Source: an uncultured delta proteobacterium (GTDB lineage Bacteria > Myxococcota > Myxococcia > Myxococcales > Anaeromyxobacteraceae). From it: a DNA stretch of 64,000 nucleotides. The notes under the pieces are model-generated. The model searched no databases. It was not told where the DNA came from and saw only the letters and a list, made by a program, of their open reading frames with translations. The position numbers were made by a program, and so were the translations under genes. Below are positions 50,124 to 62,197 of the stretch, piece after piece. The stretch covers positions 64,001 to 128,000 of the forward strand of contig CAWHDZ010000030.1 in the NCBI GenBank assembly GCA_963828255.1, in the 5' to 3' direction. Within the stretch, counting starts at the first letter, position 1; every line of letters begins with the position of its first letter.

Positions 50124-51138
50124 GTCCGGGCGAGGCGATCACCCGGTTCGACGAGGTCACGATCACCGCCGAGGCGCCGCTGCGCGCGGCCAGCGCGAGC
50201 CCCTCCTCCCCGCCCAGGACGAACACCGCCTTGCCCAGGACCTCGGCGTCGAGGGCGCTCGAGGCGAGAACGCTGGCCTGGCGGCTGGCCGTCGCCGGAC
50301 GGCAGGTGCGGGTGTCGATGACGTGGTGGTGGCGCTTCCCCTCCGAGACGAAGAAGCGCTCCGAGTCGCCGCTCGAGGAGAAGGCGGCGTCGGAGATCTC
50401 CAACCAGGCGAAGGGCTCGCCCGGCGGGCCGCGAGGGTCGCGAACCCCCACCCGCCACGGGCGGCCGCCGCGCGTTCCCGCCGCGTAGAGATCGCCTCCA
50501 GCCTGGACGGTGAAGTCGCGCAGCCCCCGCCGCCGCAGCTCGCCCACGGCCCGATCCACGCCCCAGCCCTTGGCGATCCCGCCCAAGCCCACCTGCATCC
50601 CGGGACGCCGCAGCCGGGCCGTGCAGGGGGCCGCCAGGGTCGGGTCACCGGCCGGCTCGATCTCGAGGTCCCGCCAGGAGACCAGGGGGCAGGCGGCGGT
50701 CACCTCTGCGTCGGAGGGGACCCGCGGCGGCTCGCCGTCGCCGAAACGCCAGACGCCCCGCAGCGCCGCCCAGGTGGGATCGAAGAGCCCGCCGGTCCGC
50801 TCCGCCCCGTCCCGCCCGGCGCGCAGCACCTGGCAGAGGTCGCCGGGGAGGGGAACCGGCCGCCCGGAACCCGCCGACGCGTTGAGCGCGGCGAGCGGCG
50901 ATCCCGGGCGCCACTCGTTCATCGCCTCGTCCACCCGCGCGAAGACCGCGAACGCCGCCTCCACCGCGGCGATCACCTCGGGGCTTACCGGGCGGGCCAC
51001 GGTGATCGTGACCAGCGTGGACATGGCCGGCCGGGTCTCGGAGTAGAGCGCGCCGGTCCAGGGTGGCGCGGACGGCGCCGGGGGCATCGAGGCGCAGGCC
51101 GCGAGGAGGAATGGCGAGAGTGAGGCGGTTGAGCGCAC
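50083..51138 (-). CDS. apbE: FAD:protein FMN transferase (ApbE), lipoprotein
   Basis: Lipobox LAAC; AMST, TGGLFDPT, LGGIAKGWGVD, AGGDL, SSGDSER, HHVID. Confidence 0.92.
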   Translation of the reverse strand: MRSTASLSPFLLAACASMPPAPSAPPWTGALYSETRPAMSTLVTITVARPVSPEVIAAVEAAFAVFARVDEAMNEWRPGSPLAALNASAGSGRPVPLPGDLCQVLRAGRDGAERTGGLFDPTWAALRGVWRFGDGEPPRVPSDAEVTAACPLVSWRDLEIEPAGDPTLAAPCTARLRRPGMQVGLGGIAKGWGVDRAVGELRRRGLRDFTVQAGGDLYAAGTRGGRPWRVGVRDPRGPPGEPFAWLEISDAAFSSSGDSERFFVSEGKRHHHVIDTRTCRPATASRQASVLASSALDAEVLGKAVFVLGGEEGLALAARSGASAVIVTSSNRVIASPGLSARLEVVRPPTP

Positions 51139-51293
51139 GCGTGGCTTCTCGCCAGGGACGTTAGGGCAACAGGGCCTCCCGTGTCGACCCGCGTCCGCTC
51201 CGCCTCCACCTGTCCGCGAGGTCCGCGGAACGGACGGTGGTCGGCGCTTTACAGACTTGCCGGGATCGCGCGATAGAATGGACCCACTCCGCC

Positions 51294-51689
51294 ATGAGCG
51301 AGCCCACCCACCTGGAGCGAGCGGTCCTGCACGCGATGCTCCTGGGCGCCCACCCGGCGCTCGAGGATCTGCGCGAACAGCTCCACGGACTCTCGGTGGT
51401 CCACCGCAACGCAACCCCGACCAGCTTCTCCGCCATGCTCCGGCCGGCTCGAGGCGCGCCGCGGGCTCCCGTCGCGGCGGAGCGCGCGGTGCTCGACGAC
51501 CTGCACGCCGACGTGCCCGGCCTGACCGGCGGGGCCGCCTTCGCGCTCTTCGTCGAGGACGGCTGGCTCTCGCGTCTCGAAGGCTCGACCTTCGGGGGCG
51601 AGTCCTGGCCCGACGACCTGGCCGGCTTCACCCTCCACTACGACGACCCGGAGCGGGACCTCCCCGACCTCGATCCGCCGCCCGGCTAG
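51294..51689 (+). CDS. Hypothetical protein
   Basis: 131-aa ORF with host codon bias; LFVEDGWLSRLEG.TF..E.WP. Confidence 0.6.
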   Translation: MSEPTHLERAVLHAMLLGAHPALEDLREQLHGLSVVHRNATPTSFSAMLRPARGAPRAPVAAERAVLDDLHADVPGLTGGAAFALFVEDGWLSRLEGSTFGGESWPDDLAGFTLHYDDPERDLPDLDPPPG

Positions 51690-51703
51690 GAGCAGACACT
51701 CCG

Positions 51704-52891
51704 TCACCGTGGCGGAGGGGGGACCCGGGTCAGGAAGACCGGCCAGTGTCGCTTGTCGCCGTAGAGCGGCCGGTATCGTTCCACGTTGTACATGGTGGCC
51801 ACGTCCACCTTGCGCGGTCCCAGGGCAGGGTCCGGGATGGGCACGAGCTCGTAGCAGCCGTTCACGATCGCGCTCATCAGGCCGTGCCCGCCATCGAGGA
51901 GGGCGTCGAGGGCCATGGTGCCGAAGGTGGAGGCGACCAGCTTGTCCATGAAGTCGGGCTCGCCGGAGCGCAGGTCGTAGGTGAGGTCGGAGACGATGGT
52001 CTCCTCCCCGGTCCGGAGCTGGATCTCCTCGGAGAGCACCTCGGCGACGCTGGCTTTCTTGCGCCGGCCCAGCGCGTCGGGACGTCCGAACTCCTGGACC
52101 TCGTACCCCTTCCAGGTGGCGCCCTCGGAGAGGATCACCAGCACGTAGTTGGAGGGGTTGTCGCGCTTCTCGGTGATGAGCAGGGCGATGAGCTTCTCGA
52201 GGTCGACGGGGTACTCCGGGATGACGCACCGGTTGGAGGTCACGTGGGCGGCGAAGAGGGCGGTGAAGCCGGCGTCCCGCCCGAAGACCCGGAAGATGCC
52301 CACCCGCTCGTGGGAGCCGATGGTGGTGCGCTGGCGGTCGATGGCGTCGGTGGCCCGGGTGATGGCGGTGGAGAAGCCCACGCAGTACTCGGTGCCATGG
52401 ACGTCGTTGTCCATGGTCTTGGGGATCCCCATCACCTTCACGCCCAGCTGCTGGAGCTTGGCCGCCGACTTGAGCGTCCCGTCGCCGCCGATGGCGACCA
52501 GGGAGTCGATCTGGAGCCGCTCGAGGTTCTCGAGCACGGGGGTGGTGAGGTCGTAGGTCAGGCCCCCGGTTCCCCTGGCGGCGGGGAGGCTCCGTCCCAC
52601 CAGATGGGGGGGGAGGTTCCTGACCTTGGTCGGACCGACGCGGCTGGAGTGGAGGAAGGTCCCGCCGGTGCGGTCGATGGTCCGGGTGTTCTCCCGGGTC
52701 AGGTCGATCACGTAGCGGGCCTTGCTGGCCGGGTCGTCGAGGTTCACGTGGGTGAGCCCCTCGAATCCCTTGCGGATGCCCACCACCTCGAGGCCGTTCT
52801 CCCAGCCCCGGTAGACCACGCTCTTGATCACCGAGTTCAAGCCCGGGACGTCGCCACCGCCGGTGAGGATGCCGATTCGTCGCTTCTTCAT
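51704..52891 (-). CDS. pfkA: 6-phosphofructokinase (PfkA family)
   Basis: ILTGGGDVPGLN, GGTFLHSSR, IGGDGT, PKTMDND. Confidence 0.88.
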   Translation of the reverse strand: MKKRRIGILTGGGDVPGLNSVIKSVVYRGWENGLEVVGIRKGFEGLTHVNLDDPASKARYVIDLTRENTRTIDRTGGTFLHSSRVGPTKVRNLPPHLVGRSLPAARGTGGLTYDLTTPVLENLERLQIDSLVAIGGDGTLKSAAKLQQLGVKVMGIPKTMDNDVHGTEYCVGFSTAITRATDAIDRQRTTIGSHERVGIFRVFGRDAGFTALFAAHVTSNRCVIPEYPVDLEKLIALLITEKRDNPSNYVLVILSEGATWKGYEVQEFGRPDALGRRKKASVAEVLSEEIQLRTGEETIVSDLTYDLRSGEPDFMDKLVASTFGTMALDALLDGGHGLMSAIVNGCYELVPIPDPALGPRKVDVATMYNVERYRPLYGDKRHWPVFLTRVPPPPR

Positions 52892-52900
52892 GGAGGAAGT

Positions 52901-53854
52901 CTAGCAGGTGCACCCGTCCCAGAACGCCTGGAGATCGGGGGCCAGCGGCGCCTCGAGCTCGACCCGCTCCCCGGTCTCGGGGTGGGGGAGCGACAGCCGC
53001 CAGGCGTGCAGCGCCTGGCGCGGGAGCCGGAGGGTCGCGTGGTCGGCCTCGCTCAGTTCACGTTTGGTGAACCGATCGAAGATCATCTCGTCCGGCCCGT
53101 AGATCTTGTCCCCCACGAGGTGCAGGCCGGCGTGGTGGAGGTGGGCCCGGATCTGGTGCTGGCGGCCGGTGCGGGGGTGGCAGGCCACGAGCGCCACCGG
53201 CGTCCCGTCGGCCGCCCGTCGCCGCCCCAGCACCTCGAAGTCGGTGTGCGAGGGAAGCCCCCCCTCCGTCACGTGCATGCGCACCTTCACCCCGCTGGCT
53301 CCGGTGAGGGAGAGCGGCGCCTCGACCGCGAAGCGGTCCCGGGAGGGGTCGCCCTGCACGAGCGCCAGGTAGGCCTTCGTCACCCGCCCGGCGGCGAAGG
53401 AGGCCTTGAGGGCCCGTGTGTACTTCGGGGCGCAGCCGCAGGCCATGAGCCCGGAGGTCTCCCGGTCGAGCCGGTGGGCCGGGTCCACCTTGCGCGCCGG
53501 GTAGGCCGCCTTGGCGAGCGCGGTGAAGGTGTGCTCGGCGTAACGCGCGGTGGGGTGCACTGGCAGCCCGGCCGGCTTGTCCACGACGAGGAGACGGGCG
53601 TCGTCGAAGATCACCCCGAAGACCATGGGGGTCTCCGGCTCCGGGTCGGCGTCCTTCAGGATCGAGAAGCGCATCCCGGGGGTGACCCGGGTGGCTGGCT
53701 TCAGGCGGGACGGCCCCTCGTGCTCGATGCGGGTCTCGATGAGCCTCTGGATGCGCTGCCGGGAGAGGCGCCGGATCTTCTCCTGGAGGTAGCGGTCGAG
53801 CCGCCAACCGGCGTAGTTCGGCTCAACCGTGAAGGGGACGCGCACGACCGGCAT
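52901..53854 (-). CDS. RluA-family pseudouridine synthase
   Basis: DKPAGLPVHP, HRLDRETSG, TGRQHQIRAH, QALHAW. Confidence 0.92.
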   Translation of the reverse strand: MPVVRVPFTVEPNYAGWRLDRYLQEKIRRLSRQRIQRLIETRIEHEGPSRLKPATRVTPGMRFSILKDADPEPETPMVFGVIFDDARLLVVDKPAGLPVHPTARYAEHTFTALAKAAYPARKVDPAHRLDRETSGLMACGCAPKYTRALKASFAAGRVTKAYLALVQGDPSRDRFAVEAPLSLTGASGVKVRMHVTEGGLPSHTDFEVLGRRRAADGTPVALVACHPRTGRQHQIRAHLHHAGLHLVGDKIYGPDEMIFDRFTKRELSEADHATLRLPRQALHAWRLSLPHPETGERVELEAPLAPDLQAFWDGCTC

Positions 53855-53955
53855 GGCGGCGGAACATACAGCCCCGGCGGGGGCCCGGGAAGTGCCCGTC
53901 ATTGCAGGTCTTCCAAGTCATGCCGCACCCACCCTGCTTTTTCCCGAGGCGGTCG

Positions 53956-53984
53956 TTGACCATCGCGGCCGCGACGCATACAAC
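53956..53984 (+). promoter_or_regulatory. Possible sigma-70 promoter of the kdsB-pyrG operon
   Basis: TTGACC-N17-TACAAC. Confidence 0.45.
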
Positions 53985-53995
53985 GGGTTCCCGGC

Positions 53996-54727
53996 GTGAG
54001 GCGCGTCGCGATCATCATCCCCGCACGGTTCGGGGCAAGTCGCCTCCCCGGGAAACCCCTCGCCGACATCCATGGAAAACCGCTCCTCGCACGCGTCGTG
54101 GAGCGCGCCCGGCAGGCCAGCGGGGTGGACGTGGTCGTGGTCGCAACCGACGACGAGCGGATCGCCGCCGCCGCCCGGACGGCCGGGGCGGAGGTGGTCG
54201 TGACCGGTCCGGCCGAGACCGGCACCGACCGGGTGGCCATGGCGGCCCGGGCCATGCTCCCGCGCCCCACCATGGTGGTGAACCTCCAGGGGGACGAGCC
54301 GCTCATCGAGCCGGCGGCCATCGAGGCGCTGGTGCACGCCATGGACGAGGGGGGCTCGGAGATGGCCACCATGGCCCGTCCCCTCGAGGCGGGGGAATGG
54401 GAGCGGCCGGAGGTGGTCAAGGTGGTGACCGACCGGAGCGGACACGCCCTCTACTTCTCGCGTGCGCCCATCCCGGCGCGGCGGGAGCCGGGGCCGTCGC
54501 CGCTTGCCCGGGCCCATGTGGGGATGTACGCGTACACGCCGGCCTTCCTGGAGCGGTTCGCGGCCCTCGAGCCGGGGCGGCTCGAGCGGGAGGAGCGGCT
54601 CGAGCAGCTTCGGGCGCTGGAGCACGGGTTCCGGATCCGGGTCGTGGACACGACCTACAGCGGATTCGGGGTGGACACGGAGCAGGATCTGGAGCGGGCC
54701 CGGGCGCTCGTCGCGGCCGGCCGGTAG
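53996..54727 (+). CDS. kdsB: CMP-KDO synthetase
   Basis: IPARFGASRLPGKPL, VNLQGDEP, LYFSRAPIP, LEQLRALE. Confidence 0.96.
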   Translation: MRRVAIIIPARFGASRLPGKPLADIHGKPLLARVVERARQASGVDVVVVATDDERIAAAARTAGAEVVVTGPAETGTDRVAMAARAMLPRPTMVVNLQGDEPLIEPAAIEALVHAMDEGGSEMATMARPLEAGEWERPEVVKVVTDRSGHALYFSRAPIPARREPGPSPLARAHVGMYAYTPAFLERFAALEPGRLEREERLEQLRALEHGFRIRVVDTTYSGFGVDTEQDLERARALVAAGR

Positions 54728-56413
<1,686 letters not shown>

Positions 56414-56422
56414 GGAGTTTCC

Positions 56423-57250
56423 ATGGAGAAGGTCCGGGCCCGCATCGGCGGGCACGACGTCGGAGACGGCTTCCCGCTCCTGCTCATCGCGGGACCTTGC
56501 GTCATCGAGAGCGAGGCCCAGGCGCTCTCCCACGCACGCCGCGTGAAGGAGCTGGCGGCGCGCCACGGGCTGCCGGTGGTCTTCAAGGCCAGCTTCGACA
56601 AGGCCAACCGCTCCTCCGGCAAGAGCTTCCGGGGGATCGGGATCGAGGAGGGGCTGCGGGTCTTCGTGAAGGTCAAGGCCGAGACCGGCCTCCCCACCCT
56701 CACCGACGTGCACGAGACCTGGCAGGCCGAGCCGGTGGGCCGGGTGGTGGACGTCCTCCAGGTCCCGGCCTTCCTGTGCCGGCAGACCGACCTGGTGCTG
56801 GCCTGCGCCCGGCACGGACGCTCCGTGAACGTGAAGAAGGGGCAGTTCCTGGCCCCCCGCGACATGCGCCACGCGGTGGCCAAGTGCCGCGAGGCCGGGG
56901 CCGAGAACGTCCTCCTCACCGAGCGCGGCGCCTCCTTCGGCTACGGCAACCTGGTGGTGGACATGCGGGGCCTCGTGATCATGCGCGAGCTGGGGGTTCC
57001 GGTCTGCCTGGACGCCACCCACTCGGTGCAGCTCCCCGGGGCTGGCGGCGACGTCACCGGCGGTGAGCGCCAGTTCGTGGCCCCGCTGGCCCGGGCCGCG
57101 GCGGCGGTGGGCATCGACGCCCTCTTCGCCGAGATCCACGAGGACCCGGCCACGGCGAAGTCGGACGGCCCCAACTCCCTCGACTTCGACATGGCCGACC
57201 GGTTGCTCACGGACGTCCTGCGCATCCGCCGGGCCCTGGGGCAGCCGTGA
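56423..57250 (+). CDS. kdsA: KDO 8-phosphate synthase
   Basis: AGPCVIES, KASFDKANRSS, PAFLCRQTDL, DATHSVQ. Confidence 0.97.
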   Translation: MEKVRARIGGHDVGDGFPLLLIAGPCVIESEAQALSHARRVKELAARHGLPVVFKASFDKANRSSGKSFRGIGIEEGLRVFVKVKAETGLPTLTDVHETWQAEPVGRVVDVLQVPAFLCRQTDLVLACARHGRSVNVKKGQFLAPRDMRHAVAKCREAGAENVLLTERGASFGYGNLVVDMRGLVIMRELGVPVCLDATHSVQLPGAGGDVTGGERQFVAPLARAAAAVGIDALFAEIHEDPATAKSDGPNSLDFDMADRLLTDVLRIRRALGQP

Positions 57251-57765
57251 CCGCAGCGGCCGCAGCGGCCGCCGACCTGACCGCGCGCGCGGCGCGGATC
57301 CGGCTCGTGCTCCTCGACGTGGACGGCGTCCTCACCGACGGCCGCATCTGGTTCGGGCCTGAGGGGGAGGCGCTCAAGGCCTTCGACGTCCGCGACGGCC
57401 ACGGCATCGTCCGCCTCCGCGACCAGGTGGACTTCGGGGTCATCTCCGGCCGCCCCGGCAAGGCCACCCGCAAGCGGCTCGAGGAGCTCGGCTTCAAGCA
57501 CCTGGTCTTCTCCCAGGTGGACAAGCTGGCCGGCTACGCCACCCTCGCCCACCTCGGCATCGCCGACGAGGAGGTCGCCTACATGGGCGACGACGTGAAC
57601 GACATCCCCCTACTCCGCCGGGTGGGGCTCTCCGCCGCGCCGGCCGATGCCTTCCCCGAGGTCCTCCCCGTGGTGCGCTTCGTCTCGCGGTTCCCCGGCG
57701 GTCGCGGTGCGGTCCGGGAGCTCTGCGAGCTCATCCTCTCGGCGCGCGGGCCGATCCCCCTGTGA
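57247..57765 (+). CDS. kdsC: KDO 8-phosphate phosphatase
   Basis: DVDGVLTDG, MGDDVND, GGRGAVRE. Confidence 0.92.
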   Translation: MTAAAAAAADLTARAARIRLVLLDVDGVLTDGRIWFGPEGEALKAFDVRDGHGIVRLRDQVDFGVISGRPGKATRKRLEELGFKHLVFSQVDKLAGYATLAHLGIADEEVAYMGDDVNDIPLLRRVGLSAAPADAFPEVLPVVRFVSRFPGGRGAVRELCELILSARGPIPL

Positions 57766-58685
57766 GCGGCGTCCCCTGGTCCAAGCGGGTCCGCCGGAGC
57801 CTGCGGATCCAGGCCATCCGCGTCGGCCGCTGGCTGGGCTCGGTGCTTCCCTTCCGGCTGACCTGGGCGCTGGGGGGCCTGCTGGGCCGGGCCGCCTGGC
57901 GGCTCGGGCGGCGCGACCGGGAGCTCGCCCTCGCGCACCTGGCCATCGCCTTTCCGGAGAAGTCGGAGGCGGAGCGGCGCGTCATCGCCCGGGGGACCTT
58001 CCTGCACTACGGGCACGGCGCCGCCGAGGCGGCCCAGATCGGCCGGATCGACCCCATCTTGGAAACCTACGTGGCCTTCGCCGGCGACGGCGAGGCGATG
58101 CTCCGGGGGGCCAGCCAGGCCGGCAAGGGGTTCATCTTCGTCACCGGCCACCTGGGGAGCTGGGAGCTCCTGGCCCGGCGCATCGTCCGGGCCGGCGTCC
58201 CGGCCATCGTCATCGCGGCCCGCAGCTGGGACCGGCGCATCGACGACATGGTCGAGGCCTTCCGCCTCGGCGGCGGCGTGCCCACGCTCTTCCGGGAGGA
58301 TCCCGGCGGCGGCCGGGCGCTGCTCCGGGCGCTGCGGGACGGCAAGGCCCTCGGGATCCTCATCGACCAGGACACCAAGGTCCAGAGCGTCTTCGTGCCG
58401 TTCTTCGGCCACCTTGCCTCCACGCCCCGCGCCGCGGCCGACCTGGCGCTGCGCTTCGGCTGCCCGGTCTTCGTGGGCTGGTCGAGGCGCCGGGGGCCAA
58501 AGGCGGGCGACGGGTACGTCCTCGAGGTGGAGCCGGTCCCCTACGATCCGGCCCCCGCCGACAAGGAGGCGGAGGCGCTCCGGATCACCGCCACCTGCAC
58601 GGCGAGGATGGAGCACGCCATCCGCAAAGCCCCGTCCGAGTGGGTCTGGATGCACCGGCGCTGGAAGACCAAGCCTACGGAATAG
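57762..58685 (+). CDS. lpxL: Lipid A late acyltransferase (LpxL family)
   Basis: TGHLGSWE, LIDQD, VPFFG, WVWMHRRWK. Confidence 0.8.
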   Translation: MSGVPWSKRVRRSLRIQAIRVGRWLGSVLPFRLTWALGGLLGRAAWRLGRRDRELALAHLAIAFPEKSEAERRVIARGTFLHYGHGAAEAAQIGRIDPILETYVAFAGDGEAMLRGASQAGKGFIFVTGHLGSWELLARRIVRAGVPAIVIAARSWDRRIDDMVEAFRLGGGVPTLFREDPGGGRALLRALRDGKALGILIDQDTKVQSVFVPFFGHLASTPRAAADLALRFGCPVFVGWSRRRGPKAGDGYVLEVEPVPYDPAPADKEAEALRITATCTARMEHAIRKAPSEWVWMHRRWKTKPTE

Positions 58686-58703
58686 CGGCAGTTTCTCCTC
58701 CTA

Positions 58704-58719
58704 CGCAAGGTTGGTGCCG
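58704..58719 (-). promoter_or_regulatory. Sigma-54 -24/-12 box (reverse orientation), copy 2
   Basis: CGGCAC-CAACC-TTGCG on the minus strand. Confidence 0.65.
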
Positions 58720-58761
58720 AAAGCCCTTGTCGCCTTGGGGTACCCCGGGTATCGTCGAATT

Positions 58762-58777
58762 AGCAAGGGCTGTGCCA
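58762..58777 (-). promoter_or_regulatory. Sigma-54 -24/-12 box (reverse orientation), copy 1
   Basis: TGGCAC-AGCCC-TTGCT on the minus strand, a full consensus match. Confidence 0.8.
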
Positions 58778-58778
58778 C

Positions 58779-59339
58779 TTGATCAACCGTGCCAAATCCA
58801 ATCGCGGGACCTGCTGGCGCCTCGAGCCCCGGCCCCTCTTGGCTTGTGCTGCATCAATTCTCCTGGTCGCGGGATGCGCTCCGGGCGAATCGCCGGGGCC
58901 CGCCTCCCCTCCCGAGATCGCCATGGAAAGCGTGCAGTTCCGGGCCTGGAGGGGCGCCGACCTCGCGGCCTCGGGCACCGCCGGAAGGGTGGTCTATCGG
59001 AGGAACTCGGGCGAGGTGGAGGGCACGGACGTGCGCGTGGTCGTGCCGCGGCCGGGCATGCCCGAGATGGCCGTCGCGGCCCCGAGGCTCTCGGGAGACC
59101 TCGGCGCCCGCACCTGGGCGGCCGGGGGCGGCGTGGTGCTCACCCGCGGTGACGCCACCGCGCGAACCCCCACGGCCCGATGGGCCGAGGCCGACGGCAT
59201 CGTGCGGGGAGACGAGCCGGTCCTGGTGAGCGGGCCGGCCTACCGGCTCTCCGGGCCGGCCTTCACGGCCGACCCCGGGACGGGAGACGTGGAGATCCGG
59301 GGCGGCGTCCGTCTCGTGGCCGGAGGACCCCTCCCGTGA
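58779..59339 (+). CDS. lptC: LPS export protein LptC
   Basis: Position before lptA/lptB; N-terminal hydrophobic segment and beta-jellyroll-like sequence; start uncertain. Confidence 0.65.
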   Translation: MINRAKSNRGTCWRLEPRPLLACAASILLVAGCAPGESPGPASPPEIAMESVQFRAWRGADLAASGTAGRVVYRRNSGEVEGTDVRVVVPRPGMPEMAVAAPRLSGDLGARTWAAGGGVVLTRGDATARTPTARWAEADGIVRGDEPVLVSGPAYRLSGPAFTADPGTGDVEIRGGVRLVAGGPLP

Positions 59340-59803
59340 TCGGCGCCTGGCTGGCCCTCGCCCTCGCGGCCGCGCCTCCGTCACCCCCGGTGACGGTGGT
59401 CGCCGAGGAGGTCCAGTACCTCTACAAGGAGGGCAAGGTCGTCTTCACCGGCAAGCCGATGGTGACCCTCACCCGCGAGGACGCCACCCTCACCTGCAGG
59501 AAGCTCGTGGCCGAGAACGACGGCGAGGGGCGCATCCGGCGCGCCGTCTGCACCGGCGACGTCAAGCTCACCCGGGGCACGCGGGTGATCACCTGCGAGA
59601 CCGCCACCTACGAGGAGAGGACGGCCCGCGTCACCTGCACCGGCAGCCCGGTCCTCAGGGACGGGGAGAGCGTGATGCGCGGCGAGGTGCTGGCCTACGA
59701 CCTGGCCGACGACCGGGCCACCCTGACGGCCGCCAAGGGAACCATCGTCCCGCAGCCCGGGCTCGATCTCTCGTCCCTCAGGAAGAAGGAGCCGGCACCG
59801 TGA
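59336..59803 (+). CDS. lptA: LPS export protein LptA/OstA
   Basis: Signal peptide; VVFTG, CTGDV, CTGSP..RGE OstA-like repeats. Confidence 0.8.
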   Translation: MIGAWLALALAAAPPSPPVTVVAEEVQYLYKEGKVVFTGKPMVTLTREDATLTCRKLVAENDGEGRIRRAVCTGDVKLTRGTRVITCETATYEERTARVTCTGSPVLRDGESVMRGEVLAYDLADDRATLTAAKGTIVPQPGLDLSSLRKKEPAP

Positions 59804-60555
59804 GCGCCGCCCTCGAGGCCACCGGGCTCGTGAAGAGCTACCGCGGCCGGAAGGTCGTGGACGGGGTCTCGTTCCGGGTGGCCCCCGGCGAGGTGGTCGG
59901 GCTCCTCGGGCCGAACGGCGCCGGCAAGACCACCAGCTTCAACATGGTGGTGGGGCTGGTGCGCCCCGACGGTGGCACGGTGCGTCTCGGCGACGAGGAT
60001 CTGACCCGGCTCCCCATGCACCTGCGGGCCAGGCGCGGCGTGGGCTACCTTCCGCAGGAGGCCTCGATCTTCCGCAAGCTCACCGTCCGGGAGAACTTCA
60101 CGGCGGTGCTGGAGGCGCTCGGCAAGGGGCGCGTCGAGCGGGAGCGCCGGGCCGACGAGCTGCTCGAGGAGTTCCACCTCCGCACGGTGGAGGGGAGCCT
60201 GGGGGAGCAGCTCTCCGGCGGCGAGCGGCGCCGCGCCGAGGTGGCGCGCAGCCTGCTCAACGACCCGCGCTTCATCCTCTTCGACGAGCCCTTCGCCGGG
60301 GTGGACCCCATCGCGGTGGGCGAGCTGCAGCGGCTCATCGGCTCCCTGCGCACCCGCGGCATCGGCGTCCTGCTCACCGACCACGCCGTGCGCGAGGCGC
60401 TCGGCATCTGCGACCGGGCCTACATCCTCTCCACCGGCCGGATCCTCGAGGAGGGGACGCCGGCCCACATCGCCGCGAGCCCCCGCGCACGCGCAGTGTA
60501 CCTGGGAGAGAAGTTCCGTCTCGACGACGACCACCGCTCCGAGGTCCGCCCATGA
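59800..60555 (+). CDS. lptB: LPS export ABC ATPase
   Basis: [38 protein letters not shown]. Confidence 0.96.
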   Translation: MSAALEATGLVKSYRGRKVVDGVSFRVAPGEVVGLLGPNGAGKTTSFNMVVGLVRPDGGTVRLGDEDLTRLPMHLRARRGVGYLPQEASIFRKLTVRENFTAVLEALGKGRVERERRADELLEEFHLRTVEGSLGEQLSGGERRRAEVARSLLNDPRFILFDEPFAGVDPIAVGELQRLIGSLRTRGIGVLLTDHAVREALGICDRAYILSTGRILEEGTPAHIAASPRARAVYLGEKFRLDDDHRSEVRP

Positions 60556-62051
60556 GCCTCGAGCTGAGACAGAGCCTCAAGATGTCGCAGCAGCTGGTGA
60601 TGACGCCCCAGCTGCAGCAGGCCATCAAGCTCCTCCAGCTCTCCAGGCTCGAGCTCGTGGACCTCATCCGCAGCGAGATCAACGAGAACCCGCTGCTCGA
60701 CGAGGCCCCCGAGGAGGACGAGCGCGCCGAGGGCGCCAGCCCCGCCGAGGCCAGCCTGGAGCGGCTCGACCCGGCCCCCAAGGAGCCCGAGAAGGCCGAG
60801 GAGGTCAAGGGCGAGGAGGGCACCAACGAGATCGACTGGGACCAGTACCTCGATCACTACCAGCTGCAGGGCCACACCGCCCCGTCCAACAAGAACATGG
60901 GGGACGAGGACCTCCCCGGCTACGAGGCCACGCTGACCCGCAAGGGAGACCTCGGCGACCACCTCGTCTGGCAGATGCGCCTCTCCGCGTTCACGCCGGA
61001 GGAGGAGCAGGTGGCCATGCTCATCATCGGCAACCTGGACACCGACGGCTACTTCCGCATGCCCGCCGTGGAGGGCGAGGCCGATGACTCGGCGGTGCGG
61101 GACCCGCTGGTGCACGTGGCCTTCGAGGCCGGGGTTGGCATCGAGTTCGCCCAGCACGTGCTCAGCAAGGTGCAGTCGCTCGACCCGCCCGGCGTGGCCG
61201 CCCGCGACCTGCGCGAGTGCCTGCTCCTCCAGGCGAGGGCCCTCAACGCCGACCTGCCCGAGGTGGTGGCCATCCTCGAGCACCACCTGAGGCACCTCGA
61301 GTCGAAGAACTACGCGGCCATCGCGCGCGACCTCAAGATCTCCATCGACGAGGTGGTGAAGGCGGTGAAGGTCATCGCCGCCTTCGAGCCCAAGCCCGGC
61401 CGCGCCTACACCAGCGAGGAGGCGCAGTACATCACCCCGGACGTCACCGTGCAGAAGGTGGGGGACCGCTACGTCACCGTGCTGAACGACGACGGGCTCT
61501 CCAAGCTGCGCATCTCCGGGATGTACCGCCAGGCCTTGAAGAACGGCAGCGCCGGCGCCGCGAAGGAGTACATCCAGGACAAGCTGCGCAGCGCGGTGTG
61601 GCTCATCCGCTCCATCCACCAGCGGCAGCGCACCATCTACAAGGTCACCGAGTCGATCGTGAAGTTCCAGAAGGACTTCTTCGACAAGGGCATCGCCTAT
61701 CTGAAGCCCCTCATCCTCCGCGACGTGGCCGAGGACATCGGCATGCACGAGTCCACCGTGTCGCGCGTCACCACCAACAAGTACGTGCACACGCCGCAGG
61801 GAATCTACGAGCTCAAGTTCTTCTTCAACTCGGCCATCGCCCGCACCGGCGGCGACGAGATCGCCAGCGAGGCGGTGAAGAACCACATCAAGCAGATCGT
61901 TTCGGCGGAGGATCCGAAGCGGCCCCACTCGGATCAGAAGATCGTCGAGCTCCTCAAGGGGCAGAAGATCGAGATCGCCCGCAGGACGGTTGCCAAGTAC
62001 AGGGAAGTGCTGGGGATTCTTCCCAGCTCGAAGCGGAAGAAGTTCTTCTGA
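60552..62051 (+). CDS. rpoN: RNA polymerase sigma-54 factor
   Basis: [30 protein letters not shown] (RpoN box). Confidence 0.98.
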   Translation: MSLELRQSLKMSQQLVMTPQLQQAIKLLQLSRLELVDLIRSEINENPLLDEAPEEDERAEGASPAEASLERLDPAPKEPEKAEEVKGEEGTNEIDWDQYLDHYQLQGHTAPSNKNMGDEDLPGYEATLTRKGDLGDHLVWQMRLSAFTPEEEQVAMLIIGNLDTDGYFRMPAVEGEADDSAVRDPLVHVAFEAGVGIEFAQHVLSKVQSLDPPGVAARDLRECLLLQARALNADLPEVVAILEHHLRHLESKNYAAIARDLKISIDEVVKAVKVIAAFEPKPGRAYTSEEAQYITPDVTVQKVGDRYVTVLNDDGLSKLRISGMYRQALKNGSAGAAKEYIQDKLRSAVWLIRSIHQRQRTIYKVTESIVKFQKDFFDKGIAYLKPLILRDVAEDIGMHESTVSRVTTNKYVHTPQGIYELKFFFNSAIARTGGDEIASEAVKNHIKQIVSAEDPKRPHSDQKIVELLKGQKIEIARRTVAKYREVLGILPSSKRKKFF

Positions 62052-62197
62052 TCTGGTATGATGGCGGTAGAACGCGTGACGCTTTCGGCGACATGCAGTT
62101 CGTCGGCCGCGAACCTGCCGGTCCTCCTCGCGAGGGGGATCCCGGAATGTCGCGGCCGATTCATTCTCGCATCCAGCGCCGCACCCAGGAGGACACG

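Noticed and set aside
51160..51170. GTTAGGG as an integron attC/attI core
   Set aside because: No matching inverse core at a suitable distance and no integrase
57579..58700. Antisense ORF downstream of the reverse sigma-54 boxes (AGGAGG followed by CTG)
   Set aside because: Fully antisense to lpxL/kdsC with shadow-like composition; not called as a CDS
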